A stretch of 58,039 bases of DNA, counting the filler, from Sphacelaria rigidula (Eukaryota), in assembly GCA_964200075.2 (NCBI GenBank). It is 7 parts of 7 records of this genome, joined end to end, with 100 filler letters (N's around TTAATTAATTAA, not from the genome) between each part and the next. Parts side by side here need not be neighbours in the genome. Positions count along the whole stretch, not along the records: positions 8,308 to 16,513 come from CAXNAA020011919.1; positions 16,614 to 24,819 come from CAXNAA020011920.1; 5 more parts are not named here. One strand, written 5' to 3'. Under the pieces are notes generated by a model. It had not been told where the DNA came from and ran no database searches. It saw nothing but the letters and a program-made list of their open reading frames with translations. Positions 13,501-24,919 of this stretch are shown here, in pieces (position 1 is the stretch's first letter; every line of letters starts with the position of its first letter). A program made the position numbers and the translations under genes.

Positions 13501-14953
13501 TAGTGTGATCCTACCATGACAGGGGGTAGGGGAGGGATGACATCATTGTTGTACAATATCCGTACCAATTTTCTCTTCAAATCACCCATGTAGTTCGTGT
13601 AATACACTCGTGATTTCATTTCTTCGTGCAACCAACCCTCCCTACCCCCCTCTTCTCCCGATCCTGGCCGGCGACAATCCGCCGTGCTCCGCCCCGGCTT
13701 TGTGGGGATACACGGTCAATGGCCATACGACCAAGGCATGCAAGATCATGAGTACCTCCTCTCCCCCTCCCCCCCCCTCCCCCTGTAGTAGGAATAGTAC
13801 GCACAGTAGTATATCCCCCAATAAGCACAGTACAGTAGCGTACGGTGACACTGTATGGGGGTACAGCACACGGTTCATTGCGTCACATTTTCATAGCCTT
13901 TGCCAGATAGCACTTGCGTCGCTTGCTTCATTCATTATCCCTTGACTTCGTGCAAGTTACAACCCCTTTGCAACGAACCTGCCGCAGTCTGTGCTGTCAC
14001 GAGACCCTTTGCTGCCGTGCTTTCTAAAAGGTCAAACGCCTCCTACCCTACTGTATTACCGCACACATAACCATCAGTACGATTCGTATGTAAAGATTGG
14101 GGGAAATTCGCGCGAAGTTGAACAAATCTCAATCTGGAACCCGCCAGTTCAGGGCAGATTGGGACCCAATACAGGCGAAATCTCGATCGGACTAGTTTTC
14201 GATCGTTTCAATCAAGCCGCCGCGCCCCGGTGGTGCAATGGTCCGACTGTCGCCGATAGGGTGGAGAGAACGGGGGTTCGATTCCCGATGCGTTGGTTTT
14301 TTTCTTTGTCATGCATGATTTCCACCGTGGAAAGCGTGAGAACGTGAGTAAAAAAACTAGTCGACTGGGTTTGTGTGACATAAGTTGACGCGGTGCGGAA
14401 GTGATGACCCAATCCGCGAGACCAAAACGAAAGGCACGTACCGGGGGAGAGATGGGTTGATTCCTTGAGACCACGGACTCATCCCGAGGAAGGGGAGGGG
14501 TATAAAGTGTGAGGAAAAAAAAAAATCTGCGTACAGATCCAGATTTGTGTCACCATGAAGCAGGTCGTCAAATGTGCCTCTTGAACAAGAGAGAAAAAAA
14601 AACGCCATCGTCCTGATATTCCAAATTTAAATACCCAGCGTAACTGGTTGGCATATTCTTCACTTGTCCATATCCCCTCACCTGACGCGCGCCTCCTTAA
14701 ATTGGACCTTGAGGGTTGCATCCTCATTTCGCATGGACTTCATATACCCCTGAGGCGTCTCAATCGCGTTGAACGCTTCGTCATTTACCGGCACCTGCGT
14801 ATGCAGAAGAGAGAAAGAAAAAAGTCGAGATAAATGGATAAACAGACCAAAACTGGACAACGTAACACAACACAACAGGACTACTCGTACGCATCAAGGG
14901 ATTGAAAGCGGAAAAAATATCACTAATACGAGAACAGAAAGAACAACAACGGC

Positions 14954-14994
<41 letters not shown>

Positions 14995-15029
14995 CTACTA
15001 CTACAACAACAACAACTACTACTACTACT

Positions 15030-15084
<55 letters not shown>

Positions 15085-16407
15085 ATGGAGATCATGATAC
15101 AGCAGGCTAAGAAGCACCACTGATTACGCCCGGAGGTATATATTAACCCCCACCCTGCCCCCACACCCCCACCCCCGCACCGGCCGACCCTTCTCCCAAA
15201 AGCCACTTACCAGATTGATGCTCATCTTGTTGCTCGCGCTCCCAGCACTATCCGTCGAGAATACCTCGTACGGTAACGCCCCACCCACATTCTCCCCGTC
15301 GTACCCGCCCCCCTCCTTGTCCTCACTCGCCTCCCTGCCACCAGGAACCCTGTCACCATTACCCATCAACAAAGGGGGCAAGGAGGTCACACCACCCCCA
15401 CTACTACTACTACCCGCACCCCCCGTGCCTCCAGCAGTGGGTACCCCTCCCCCACTAGTGGGTACCCCCTCGGGGGACACGAGCACTGCGTCCCCGCCCC
15501 CTGTTACTAACGCGGCCTCCGATGAAGACATGACGGTGCCGTCGTTGCTCGAGCTTACGGTTGTGGCATCGTTCCAAACCTGAGGCACGCACAAGGCGGG
15601 AAGATTTAGGAGAAGAATCGGGGGTGCGCAATGTGCTAAGCATGGGACTTCACTACATAAACCATATAACCGTAAACTTCATCCACCTCCCGCTCTTCGG
15701 GAATAAACGGTGACATGAACCCCAGTTGTTATCTACTACTCTCAGGCTTACTCTGAAAAGATTTCTCGAGCCATGTTCAGAATGTTCATCTTCCTGGACA
15801 CGCACACACTTCACCTAAGCCTGCCTTCTGTACTGCTTCGCCACACTCGACCCCCCCCCCCCCCCCCCTCCCCACCCGGACTCCCGATTTGAAAATGTAG
15901 GTGTGATTTCCGGTACTGTCAAGGTCCACTCACAATTTTGCAGAGTTGGGGTAATGGTCTCTCAAGCGCGAGCTGTTGGTGAGGTCATGTTGGAGTTTCT
16001 CAAACACGTAGGAGAAACAACCATGTTAACGGCCTCTTTTCTCGCCTCTTCTCCCCCTCCCCTCCCCTTCCGTGCAAAAACAACCAACGACAACAATTTC
16101 ACCAACCTCATCCTCAGTTTCCTCTTCGTCAACAATTTCTTCAGAATCGGCCGTCACGACTCCACCACCATCCCCAGCCCCGGCCCCTGCTCCAGTACCC
16201 GTAGCCTTCGCCATGGCCGAGGACGTGGCTGCCTTCTTCTTAACGTGGACGAAGGGGGAACAATCGTTGTCGTGTCCGTCCTTGTCGCTGTCATCGGTGG
16301 GGGTGGTGATCGTAGTGGCTGTGGTATCAGCGGACTTGTCTGTCTCGTCCCCCAACACCATCATCGACTCCTCCGCGGAAACGTGCACGTAGTCGCTGCC
16401 GAGGTCG
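10518..16407 (-). CDS. ubiquitin carboxyl-terminal hydrolase (peptidase C19, USP4/11/15-like), five internal exons: 16107-16407, 15211-15579, 14682-14794, 12687-12867, 10518-10663; both ends of the gene are missing from the contig
   Basis: All introns are GT-AG with compatible phases (0, 0, 2, 0). The spliced peptide contains ...SIPLSACFDKYTEREQLGQSELWYCGKCKAHRQ|AHKKLDVYTVPDVLIVVLKRFYSRG...RQKLDDHVTFPVRGLDLS. This is the USP box with the WYCxxC zinc motif and the LKRF and FP...LDL motifs, preceded by a long low-complexity insert. Confidence 0.9.
11122..11720. mobile_element. Stowaway/Tc1-mariner-like MITE, 599 bp, ~33-bp TIRs, TA target duplication
   Basis: Left end is TA|cttcctctgtcccataagtcaagttcgttatg and right end is cataacgaacgtaacttatgggacagaggaaa|TA. 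The termini resemble the Stowaway consensus CTCCCTCCGTCCC. No transposase is visible inside. Confidence 0.85.
12156..12375 (-). repeat. family A dispersed repeat, full copy in a USP intron
   Basis: Reverse complement reads cgcttcgggccggacaatcttagcaggatg...atgcgactcgccg...catgagtataccccc. The shadow ORFs at 1680 and 12058 share the peptide ASGRTILA. Confidence 0.85.
14224..14292 (+). mobile_element. tRNA-derived (Pol III A/B box) SINE-like head
   Basis: gccccggTGGTGCAATGG...GGTTCGATTCC. No proper cloverleaf or acceptor stem. Same GCCCCGGTGG start as 41531-41596(-). Confidence 0.55.
14943..15083 (+). repeat. intronic (CAA)n/(CTA)n microsatellite
   Basis: Trinucleotide tandem repeat inside the USP intron 14795-15210. 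Confidence 0.95.
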
Positions 16408-16513
16408 CTACATATGTTTTGTGTGTGCATGAACACGGGGGAGGGGGCATACTCATGATATTGCATGCCGTAGTCATATGACCATTGACCTCGCATCCCT
16501 ACAAAGCCGGGAC

Positions 16514-16613
16514 NNNNNNNNNNNNNNNNNNNNNNNNNNNNNNNNNNNNNNNNNNNNTTAATTAATTAANNNNNNNNNNNNNNNNNNNNNNNNNNNNNNN
16601 NNNNNNNNNNNNN
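16514..16613. other. artificial contig linker
   Basis: N44-TTAATTAATTAA-N44. Confidence 0.98.
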
Positions 16614-17254
16614 GTCTATGTTTCAGTTCGATTTATATTTCGGTTCCGTCTACTTTCTTGTCCTGTCTACGAGTATACGAGCTGGGCCAGCCAACAGCGG
16701 GTGGTTTGCTCGCTCAGGCGACGTACGGCGTGATATTAGGAGTTGGACGCTGAAAATTTGACAGTAGATTTTTATGATCGACATGAGGAACATCTCGTGA
16801 GCAACAAAAAGAGGAAAAAAATAAAAAAGGAAGTTATGGGAATTTGAATTTCCAGCAAGAACAAAATAATATCAGAAGTCCAGGATAAAATGAGAATCTG
16901 GAGCTGCTCACGGGATGTATGATTTCCTTGGGTGCAGAAGGTCTTCGTGAAATATCAGCTCAAGAGTCGTCGAATTAGGCCGTGCGTGCAACGTTTTGCG
17001 TGACGCTGCCTCACCGGAATTCGTCAACAAGGTCATCAGCTCGTTTTACCCTACGTCACGTCACGTCATACCTTTGTGACGTGACGATTGTGACGTGTAA
17101 TGATAGTGTGACGCGTAACGATAATTGCTCTGAGAAATTCGAAAAATTCGAAACTCGTACTATCAGATTTTCGATTTGCGCTTCTGCATTTTCGAAATTC
17201 AACTCAATGGTCGACGAGTGAAAGGGACTGCTGAACCCCTCTCGCGAAAACAAA

Positions 17255-17390
17255 TAAAGGCAAGCACCGCAGGAGGGAGGTGGAGAAATAAAACAAAGAA
17301 GAAAAACTCCTGTGTTGGCCTTCCTCCTGTGTGACCCCGGCTGGTGCACCCACATATACCGAAAGGTGTAGACTGGCGGCCAGAATAGAT
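17255..17390 (+). repeat. dispersed repeat module (family B), also at about 32870-33012
   Basis: aaggcaagcaccgcag...gtggagaa...tgtgttggcc...tgtgtgaccccggctggtgc...accgaaag.tgtagac is shared between two different contigs. Confidence 0.85.
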
Positions 17391-18999
17391 GGGGCGGCAA
17401 CACATACACATTTTCAAAAATTCACGTGTTCTATGATTGGGTGTGGTGCAGCGGTGCATGCTGGTGCGCTGAAGGTGCGCTTACATCGGGTACATATTAT
17501 GATGACGTATGCACACTTTTCTTGAACCCATGTATCATATAATATCATGTATCACATGCATGTACACGTATTTGCCCACGAATCGGTCACTGATTGTAGT
17601 ATTTCAGGAAAGAACCTTTCGCTCTATTCCCTCATGTCGGTACAACCGCTTTAGGGGTGTCGAAGTGTCGTGTCCGAAGCAGTCGCAGGATAGATGTCAA
17701 GGTCGATGATCCCAGGAGAAGAGGGTGGACAATGAAAAGTCTTAGTCTGCTCATCTACACTACATTTTGTGTCGTCCCACCAAAATAAGTACTAATAACC
17801 GTAACCCATACCATGATACACACCACAAATTACGCTAAGACAGAGGAAGTGAAGAAGAGTCAACGTGAGGAAGCGTGTGCAGAGAATGCTTTCTGCGCCC
17901 ACGCTTTTTTCCCGTCATCCCTTCTATCGTACTTGACGACAAGCCTGTGATGTTATCCCTCAAAGAACTCACTCTCCATGCTTAGAGTACATCGAACAGC
18001 TCGCTGTCTCTGCTCTCAGCCTAAATCACCTCCGAAGGACTTTTTTGTTGTTGCATTTTCCTTTCTAACATGGCTCGATACCTCAGACCTTCCGATCCCC
18101 AACTCAAGTTTTCTAATTTCAACCTCGAACACACCAGGCCAATTGCAACCTGAAGCTAGAACGATGACTCGCAGTACTATGGGATACCATAATACAATCC
18201 CTGTGCCCCGTACAAGCATTATTTCAGGTTGTTTTACCCCGATCCCCACATGCACGCTTCTGTTTCAACTTAGAACTTGTTCAGCACGAGATAATAGCGC
18301 CTACGAGTTCTTGGCTCACCACATCAGTCCATTCGGTGAACCTAAATTTCATCTCAGGGGTTCAGATAAATTTGGTGAAAATACTAACTCAAGACGCCGA
18401 GACTCTGGTGAGCCTCAATATTTCTACCGGACCTCTCAAACCAGCCACGCAAAGTCGCAACCCTAGGAAGGAAGAAACTCAAAATACATGAGTTCACTCG
18501 TTTGCTATACTTGTTGAATACATCATACCCAAACATCGTTTCTCTTACTTCTATTACTGTCTGCGTCCAAACAACACAATGAAATCAACAGTCAACTTCT
18601 AAAATAGAACAGAGAAAACGTTTTAACCGAGAAGTCAGACACAACAGTTTCTCGTTCTCTCCGAGCCGCTTTTCTCCTTCTCGTGTCCATGTACCGATGC
18701 CCAATCATGTACAGTCCTGTGACGTCCTGTCTTCATGGCCCAATGATCTTCGATGGTCTCCTTCATTCCTCCCTGCAATAGTCCGTGAGCAAAACACCGC
18801 ACCGTCCCCTTCTGCGTGTGGTAGTGCCAACACCAATCCCCCGCCTGATTTCGTGAAACGTTTAATTTTTTCATCCGAAGATGAACATTACCACGTCTCC
18901 CGACGTCCAGCATCCTCAAGGTACGCGGGTACCTTTGCAATTCTGCATGCGATAACAGATGTAGCAGCCGACCATTTGTGGGTCATGAACTTGAGGGCC

Positions 19000-21900
19000 A
19001 GCAGCAACATTTCCTCGAAGTTCACACCCTTTTGCCACAAACATTTATCCCCTTTCACGAGTCTCCGCTCGCTCTGCTAAATTAACACGATACTTTCGGT
19101 TCCTGAAATATTTAGTCTATCCATTTTTGAGTTTTTCATCCAGTATGTTGGAATAACTCTACCGTGTTGCTTCACATCTTCCTTATGTTCCCACCGTGGT
19201 CTTCCTCATTTCTCCCAGCATGTTAGATGCTGTCTTGAGATTTTTCCTCCCAGACCTCGGGATAGTCCTCCGAAATGTATCCAACTGCGCTGACACGCCA
19301 TCCATTGTCAAATGTAACGTTGGAGACGTCTCCGAGTACTGCTTCAGTACACAGTGACTATGGCCTACGGCAACGATTTCGGCGTCACAGGATCATCCTT
19401 GGGGTTATGTCATAACATCTTTTGAACCTCAACACGGAGACCCGGGAGCTCGTAACCACTCCAGGCTCATTCTTCCTAATTTCCAGCATCAGTAACTTTT
19501 ATTCTACCAGTTCTCCCCTTTCTGAGATACCTGGACCTACCACCAATATCTTGCACGGTCCTTTCCAGGAGGGTGATAATTTGGACGATAAAGAAGTCGT
19601 TCCCCTTTCTCGTACCGTATTTCCACCCGACATGAGATTACCCTTGGTATCGTAGACGAACTCCCAGTCGCCTACTTTCCGGGTTGAACGCCGGTTCATA
19701 TTTTCTTACAACTGTCCATTATCCGACTCGTGTTTGGATTATATCAGATAGTCTTCCTGCCGCAAGAAATCATATGCTTCAATTTGACGATCTGTTCTCA
19801 ACTGGAAATACTCAAGTTGACCCACCTTCAACCCTTGGTGTCCGGACACACCCCTTATTTCCGCAGGGTCTTCAAACCCACCACACGCTCTCCATAGAAC
19901 ATTCTTCAGCCTTTTGCTCATCTTGATACCGGGGGAAGGATTCGCTCCAGGACCCCCTTTTGGACCAGTGAAAGGTGCGCGGGGACTCATGTGGGGGCCT
20001 CCTCAGGAGCATCGCTGGGGGGATGGGTCGGGATCAAAGGGTGGCGGGAGTGCCGGCAGTTGGTCGGAGGGGGAAATTCCTGGTGCGTTGCGGGCGATGA
20101 CCTGGCCACATGAGCGTCACGGAAAGGAAAGGGAGAGAAAAAACCCCTCAAAATACATGAACGCACTCGTTTGCTATACTCCCTCCGACCAACTACCAGC
20201 TTTCCCGCCACCCTCTGATCCCGATCCAAGGTGCTCAGAACTGTCGCAATTTAGACAAAAACGACCGAATGCTTTACGAGCGGCATCTTTAGCGTCGTGA
20301 GAGCTGAAGGGCTCGTAAAAGGCGGGGTCCCGACCCTTTTTTATCTTACGATGGTTGTTTCCCTGACCGATGGCATTAACACATTGCATTTCGGAATTTT
20401 CTTGGTACGCTTCATCAATGGCCGTTACACCCCCAAAGTTTTTACCGTGTAACGCTTTGGCATAATGTCGAGCTCTGGTCGTGACGCCACCATCACTGAC
20501 AGTACCAAAACGCGTCGATGCTGTAGCTACCGACGTGTTGGTGTCAAAATCTCGCAGAGCAGCCATTAATTGTTCAACATCATAGAATGGAAGAGGTTGA
20601 TGGTGTCGTTCAGTGAAAGGTTGTGCACTAATGTTGGGGAATTGGTCATCAATCCCATTTTTAACCGCCGATTGAAGAGAACCACTGCCTGGGGCTAATT
20701 CTCGACCAACGCTGCACATTTCTACCAATAATCTCAATTGCGATGAATATGTCGTAAGCGTGGTTCCCGGGTCAACTGTAAAATTAACAAGTCCACACCA
20801 GCCGGGGTGACTTTGCTCAAGACTTTTTTTTTTTTCCTTGATGGAAGGAGGAAACCCAATTCAACACTTACCCCGCAAGCGATCGCAGGCGATCGCTAGC
20901 GAGTTCGTGTGCCGATTACCCGAAGGCTCGGCTAGACCACCTCGCGGCAGTCATGTGGGAAAGGCGCCTCGAGCCATGGCTCAAGGCAGTGTGGGGGATG
21001 TTCCCACTAAAACCCCCTGTCAACTTGGCGCAGTACACGCGCCGCCCTGCTCTTAAGAGCTTCGGCCCTAGAAGGCTCTTCTTAGCATACGTAGTGCATG
21101 GTCAAAGACCTCCGGGCCTGTCGATCCCGCGTCCTGCAATCGAATGGCCTCTGTTGTCACATCAGCAGTTCGGGTTCTCAAGGCTGATGCCGCCTGGGCC
21201 GCCGGAGAGGTGGGTTTATGGCCTCGGATAGCGCGCAATAAATGCTTTTGTAAACATTTCACCCAACCGGATGCCAATAAATTGATTCAGTATCCCCAAC
21301 AATTACTCGCACATCGTTACAGTAGTGGAGCCACGAAGTGCCGCACCACGAGCTACCGAATTAGCCACATCATGGTTCGGACTTCGCGGTAATTTCGGAA
21401 GCTCTATGAGGATGCACGTGTCCATCTTAGCATATTCTCGAACGATTTCGGCCGATGATTTAACTGGTTGCGATGTCAGATTCGCTGGTTCTGTATTCCC
21501 CCCTAAAGGGGCCGCGGATTGTGTTGCTACAGGCGTGTTAGGCGCAGACGCGGCCGGATCTACCACTACTCGGCGTTCCTCGCTACTGTCTACCCCAGGG
21601 GGAGCCCCCGATCCAGCTGCAACCTCAGACACCCTCACTGCAGGAGCGGTATGTGTGTCAGCAGATATTACTTGCGGTTCGTACCTTTTATTATGAGGGC
21701 CACTCCCAGGAGTATGCGCCCGGCTTCGCCCTCGGCGACGACGCGGGAAAGGACCCTCCGACCAACAGCCGGCACTCCCGACCCATCCCCTCAGCGATGC
21801 TCCTGAGGAGGCTACCACATGGATCTCCGCGCATCTTCCACTGGTCTAGAATGGGTCCCGGAACGAACCCTTCCCTCGGTATCATGTCGTGACGCCGCGG

Positions 21901-22650
21901 CGGGGGGGGTCCCATGGCACCTGCGCCCCCCAGATGAGAAAGGAACGCATGGTAGTCGTGTCATGCGGATAAAGAGTTGCCCACCGGGTATGTCCGCCGC
22001 AGAGTGCGGAAATCGTCCAGAGAAAGTTCTCCGCGCGGCTGATCAAAATATGGATGCTGTAAGGAAACACCGGGGCCATTTTGACCGCCGGCCGACGCTG
22101 AACCATCGTAAATTCCTGGTGCGTTGCCGGCGATGACCCAGCTAGATGAGCGTCATGCTGCCACTGTTCGAGCTGCAGGGGGTCCAGTCGTTTCGAAAAA
22201 TAGTCCGCTTGAGGGGCCATAGCCGCTATGACCTGCTCACGGGCCTTACGGGCCTCCCGCACTCCGGCCGCTTTGGTCGTCTCGGCCTGCGCAAGTTCTC
22301 CGCGCTTCCTTTTCGAAGCCGAAACGAGGGCCTGAGCATCCTCAAGTTTCCCTTGTACGGAGGCCTTATTGGTCTGATACTATTCAACCCCTCTTTGGCG
22401 TTGCGGAAGAGGGAGCCGCCCACCTGCAGCTGCCGTCTCGCGGTCTGTGATGGCAATTTATGGGACACAGATGCCGAAGACAGAGGCGCATAAGCTATCT
22501 TACCAGAGGTGGCGGGGGTTCATTTCAACGCCTGCACATTCGACCGCGGGGCGTTGTTTCTCACCAACTGCCATGCTGTGGCCGCTTCCTTTTTCACAAC
22601 TGCGGCAGGGTTATCGGGGCTAGCTCCTCGAGCCGACAGCTTCACGACTA
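19000..22650 (-). mobile_element. decayed Ty3/gypsy-like LTR-retrotransposon remnant: gag-like region (about 20174-22650) joined to the integrase C-terminus (about 19000-19900); PR/RT/RNase H not visible; ends approximate
   Basis: ORF 20174-20737 ends in a CX2CX4H knuckle start (FCLNCDSSEH). ORF 19499-19699 has the GPY/F module (SSKLSPSWKGPCKILVVGPG). Downstream broken frames give a chromodomain-like HLTCW...RWEHKEDV...TYW. Many stops and frameshifts. Confidence 0.65.
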
Positions 22651-22669
22651 GAATTTCAGAAACCTGAAA

Positions 22670-24450
22670 CGTTATGCTATCGATATATATATATATATAT
22701 TATCGAACACGATGGATGATGAAACACATATATTGATATGTATTGCAAGAGACAATAGATGTTGCAGCAGTCGATCGATAGCCTATGGCAATTACCATGG
22801 ATAAAGATCACTCGCCATCGATGGACATCGTTTACCGCAATAGATTCTGGCATGTATATATCGATAGCCATTGCCGTAATCAATAGGTTTGGTGAGCCAT
22901 CCATCCATAGTCATTGCCGTCATCAGTAGATTAGGTGAGCCATTTATCAATACCTATTGCCGTTATCAATAAATTGGTTAGCCGTCTATCGGTAGCCTGT
23001 GCCGCCAACAATGCGTTTTTTGGTATCTACCAATATGGGCATTGCCGTCAGCAATCGATTGTTCTCGAGAGCACCTATCGATAGCCTTGACGCCAACGAT
23101 GGGTTTTGATAAATATATTGCTCACTACAGCGATCTTGTGACATCAACGGCAACACCCCTTACACATGAACACGCAACGACCTGAGGCGATAGCTGGCCA
23201 TAGCTTCTGTGGAATAAGGTGGAAGCATACATCGGAAAATGTGCAGACATAGCGCTAGTAATCGACGCCATTCAGCTACTTTTGTGGTCAGCAATAGACA
23301 TTAGTGGCCGCGATTCAGATTACATTGTGACCAGCGATAGACATTACTGGCCGCGATTCAGATCCTATTGTGACCCTCCATAGACATTCGTGGGCGTAAG
23401 TGATATCCTATTGTGACCAATAATATGTATTGGTCGCCGCGTGGCAGATCCCAGTGTGGTTGACAAAAGACATTGGTGGTCACATTTCAGAGCCTATTGC
23501 AGCAAATAAAATGTATAGATGGACAAGTTGGCCCCTCCATTGTCACGGCAATGATACATTCCGTCCTTTGTCCCGAATCTATTGTCGCCTACAATAGCTA
23601 TCGATAGACACTGATGCCAATCGATTTTGACTGACAATGAACATTGACAGTCAAACTGTCGGGGCTATGGCAGCGTCAATGTGCTATGTCATAGTCTACT
23701 GTCCATAGTATAAGCGCATCTCACCCACATACAAAAGTACTGTAAGCGCTCATGTCCATCAGAGGGACACACATGAGTACCAACACCACACCAACAACAA
23801 AGGTTGTAAACTTTTGTCCACAGATATATCGGACTCCTACAAAATACAATCGTTGCAAAATCGTAGAAACGTGATGTCACATATTCACGAGTAGTATCAT
23901 AATATACCCACTGCATGTCCACCTGTGGCGTCTCTACCGTACCTCAACGGAGTATAATATGCTCTATACGTCGTATGTTGCGAGGTAGGTGTGGCAATAG
24001 ACGACAGAGAATATCTATCGGTAGGCATTATATACCACAATAGGTTCTGGTATGTATCTATCGATATTCATTGCCGCCATGCATGGATTTATACGCAATC
24101 TATCAATAGCTGTTGCCGTCATCAATACACTTGGAATACAATATGTCAATAGCCATCGATGTGATCATGAAATTTGGCACGCGATCTATCGATAGCCATT
24201 GTCGCCATGAAAAACAAATGTAGAGCTATCGATCGGTTCATTTGGTCGGCCGCAATAGATTTCGGTGTAGGGCCACAACAGACTGCTGCCCGGACAACAG
24301 TGTGGGAAACTGGTCTATCGATAGACAATGCCGACGACAATAGAAAGAGAAACTTGCCGATCGATGGCCATTACGGGCGGCAATATTGGCATCTACTTCA
24401 GCAGATTCTATTGCTATCGCAAAAAATGCCGTCTATTGTCCATGGTGTGA
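22670..24450. repeat. degenerate tandem-repeat block rich in ATCGAT/CTATCGATAG, with 42-43-bp periodic units
   Basis: Units like tatcgatagccattgccgtaatcaatag... at about 22857-23110 and 23990-24260. Units like attgtgaccagcgatagacattactggccgcgattcagatcct start at 23324, 23367 and 23410 (43-bp spacing). Confidence 0.8.
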
Positions 24451-24819
24451 AAAGTTATAAAAAATGTAACCACTCACATTGACCAACTAAGAGGCTTATA
24501 CTGCTCGAAAATGTCACTCAACGTGGTGAGCGATTCGAAACTAATCCATCTGTAGTATGCAGCAGCAGAGACTCTCCATGAGGAGTGGAGGATGGGAACA
24601 AATAAGCCAAGGCTAGCAGTACCTGGGGACAAGAGCGCATAATTCTCCACGTCCGGACCTAAAAACACGCCTGTAGTTGAAAAGATTGCTTGTGTATTTG
24701 TGATCGCGGGTTACTGTTTTTTTTTTTTCGGATGAGGTATGTATCTGCTGTATTACTTGGTGGTTTAGTGTTCATGTGGTGCATCATGTTCAGAACGCTC
24801 TTCACCATGCGATTGGCAA

Positions 24820-24919
24820 NNNNNNNNNNNNNNNNNNNNNNNNNNNNNNNNNNNNNNNNNNNNTTAATTAATTAANNNNNNNNNNNNNNNNNNNNNNNNN
24901 NNNNNNNNNNNNNNNNNNN
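24820..24919. other. artificial contig linker
   Basis: N44-TTAATTAATTAA-N44. Confidence 0.98.

Noticed and set aside
14769..15206. Poly-Gln, poly-Thr and poly-Cys ORFs
   Set aside because: These are translations of an intronic CAA microsatellite. The USP exons splice in phase around it.
22850..23520. CRISPR-like array
   Set aside because: Units are contiguous degenerate tandem repeats with no identical repeat and unique spacer alternation. There are no cas genes and the context is eukaryotic.
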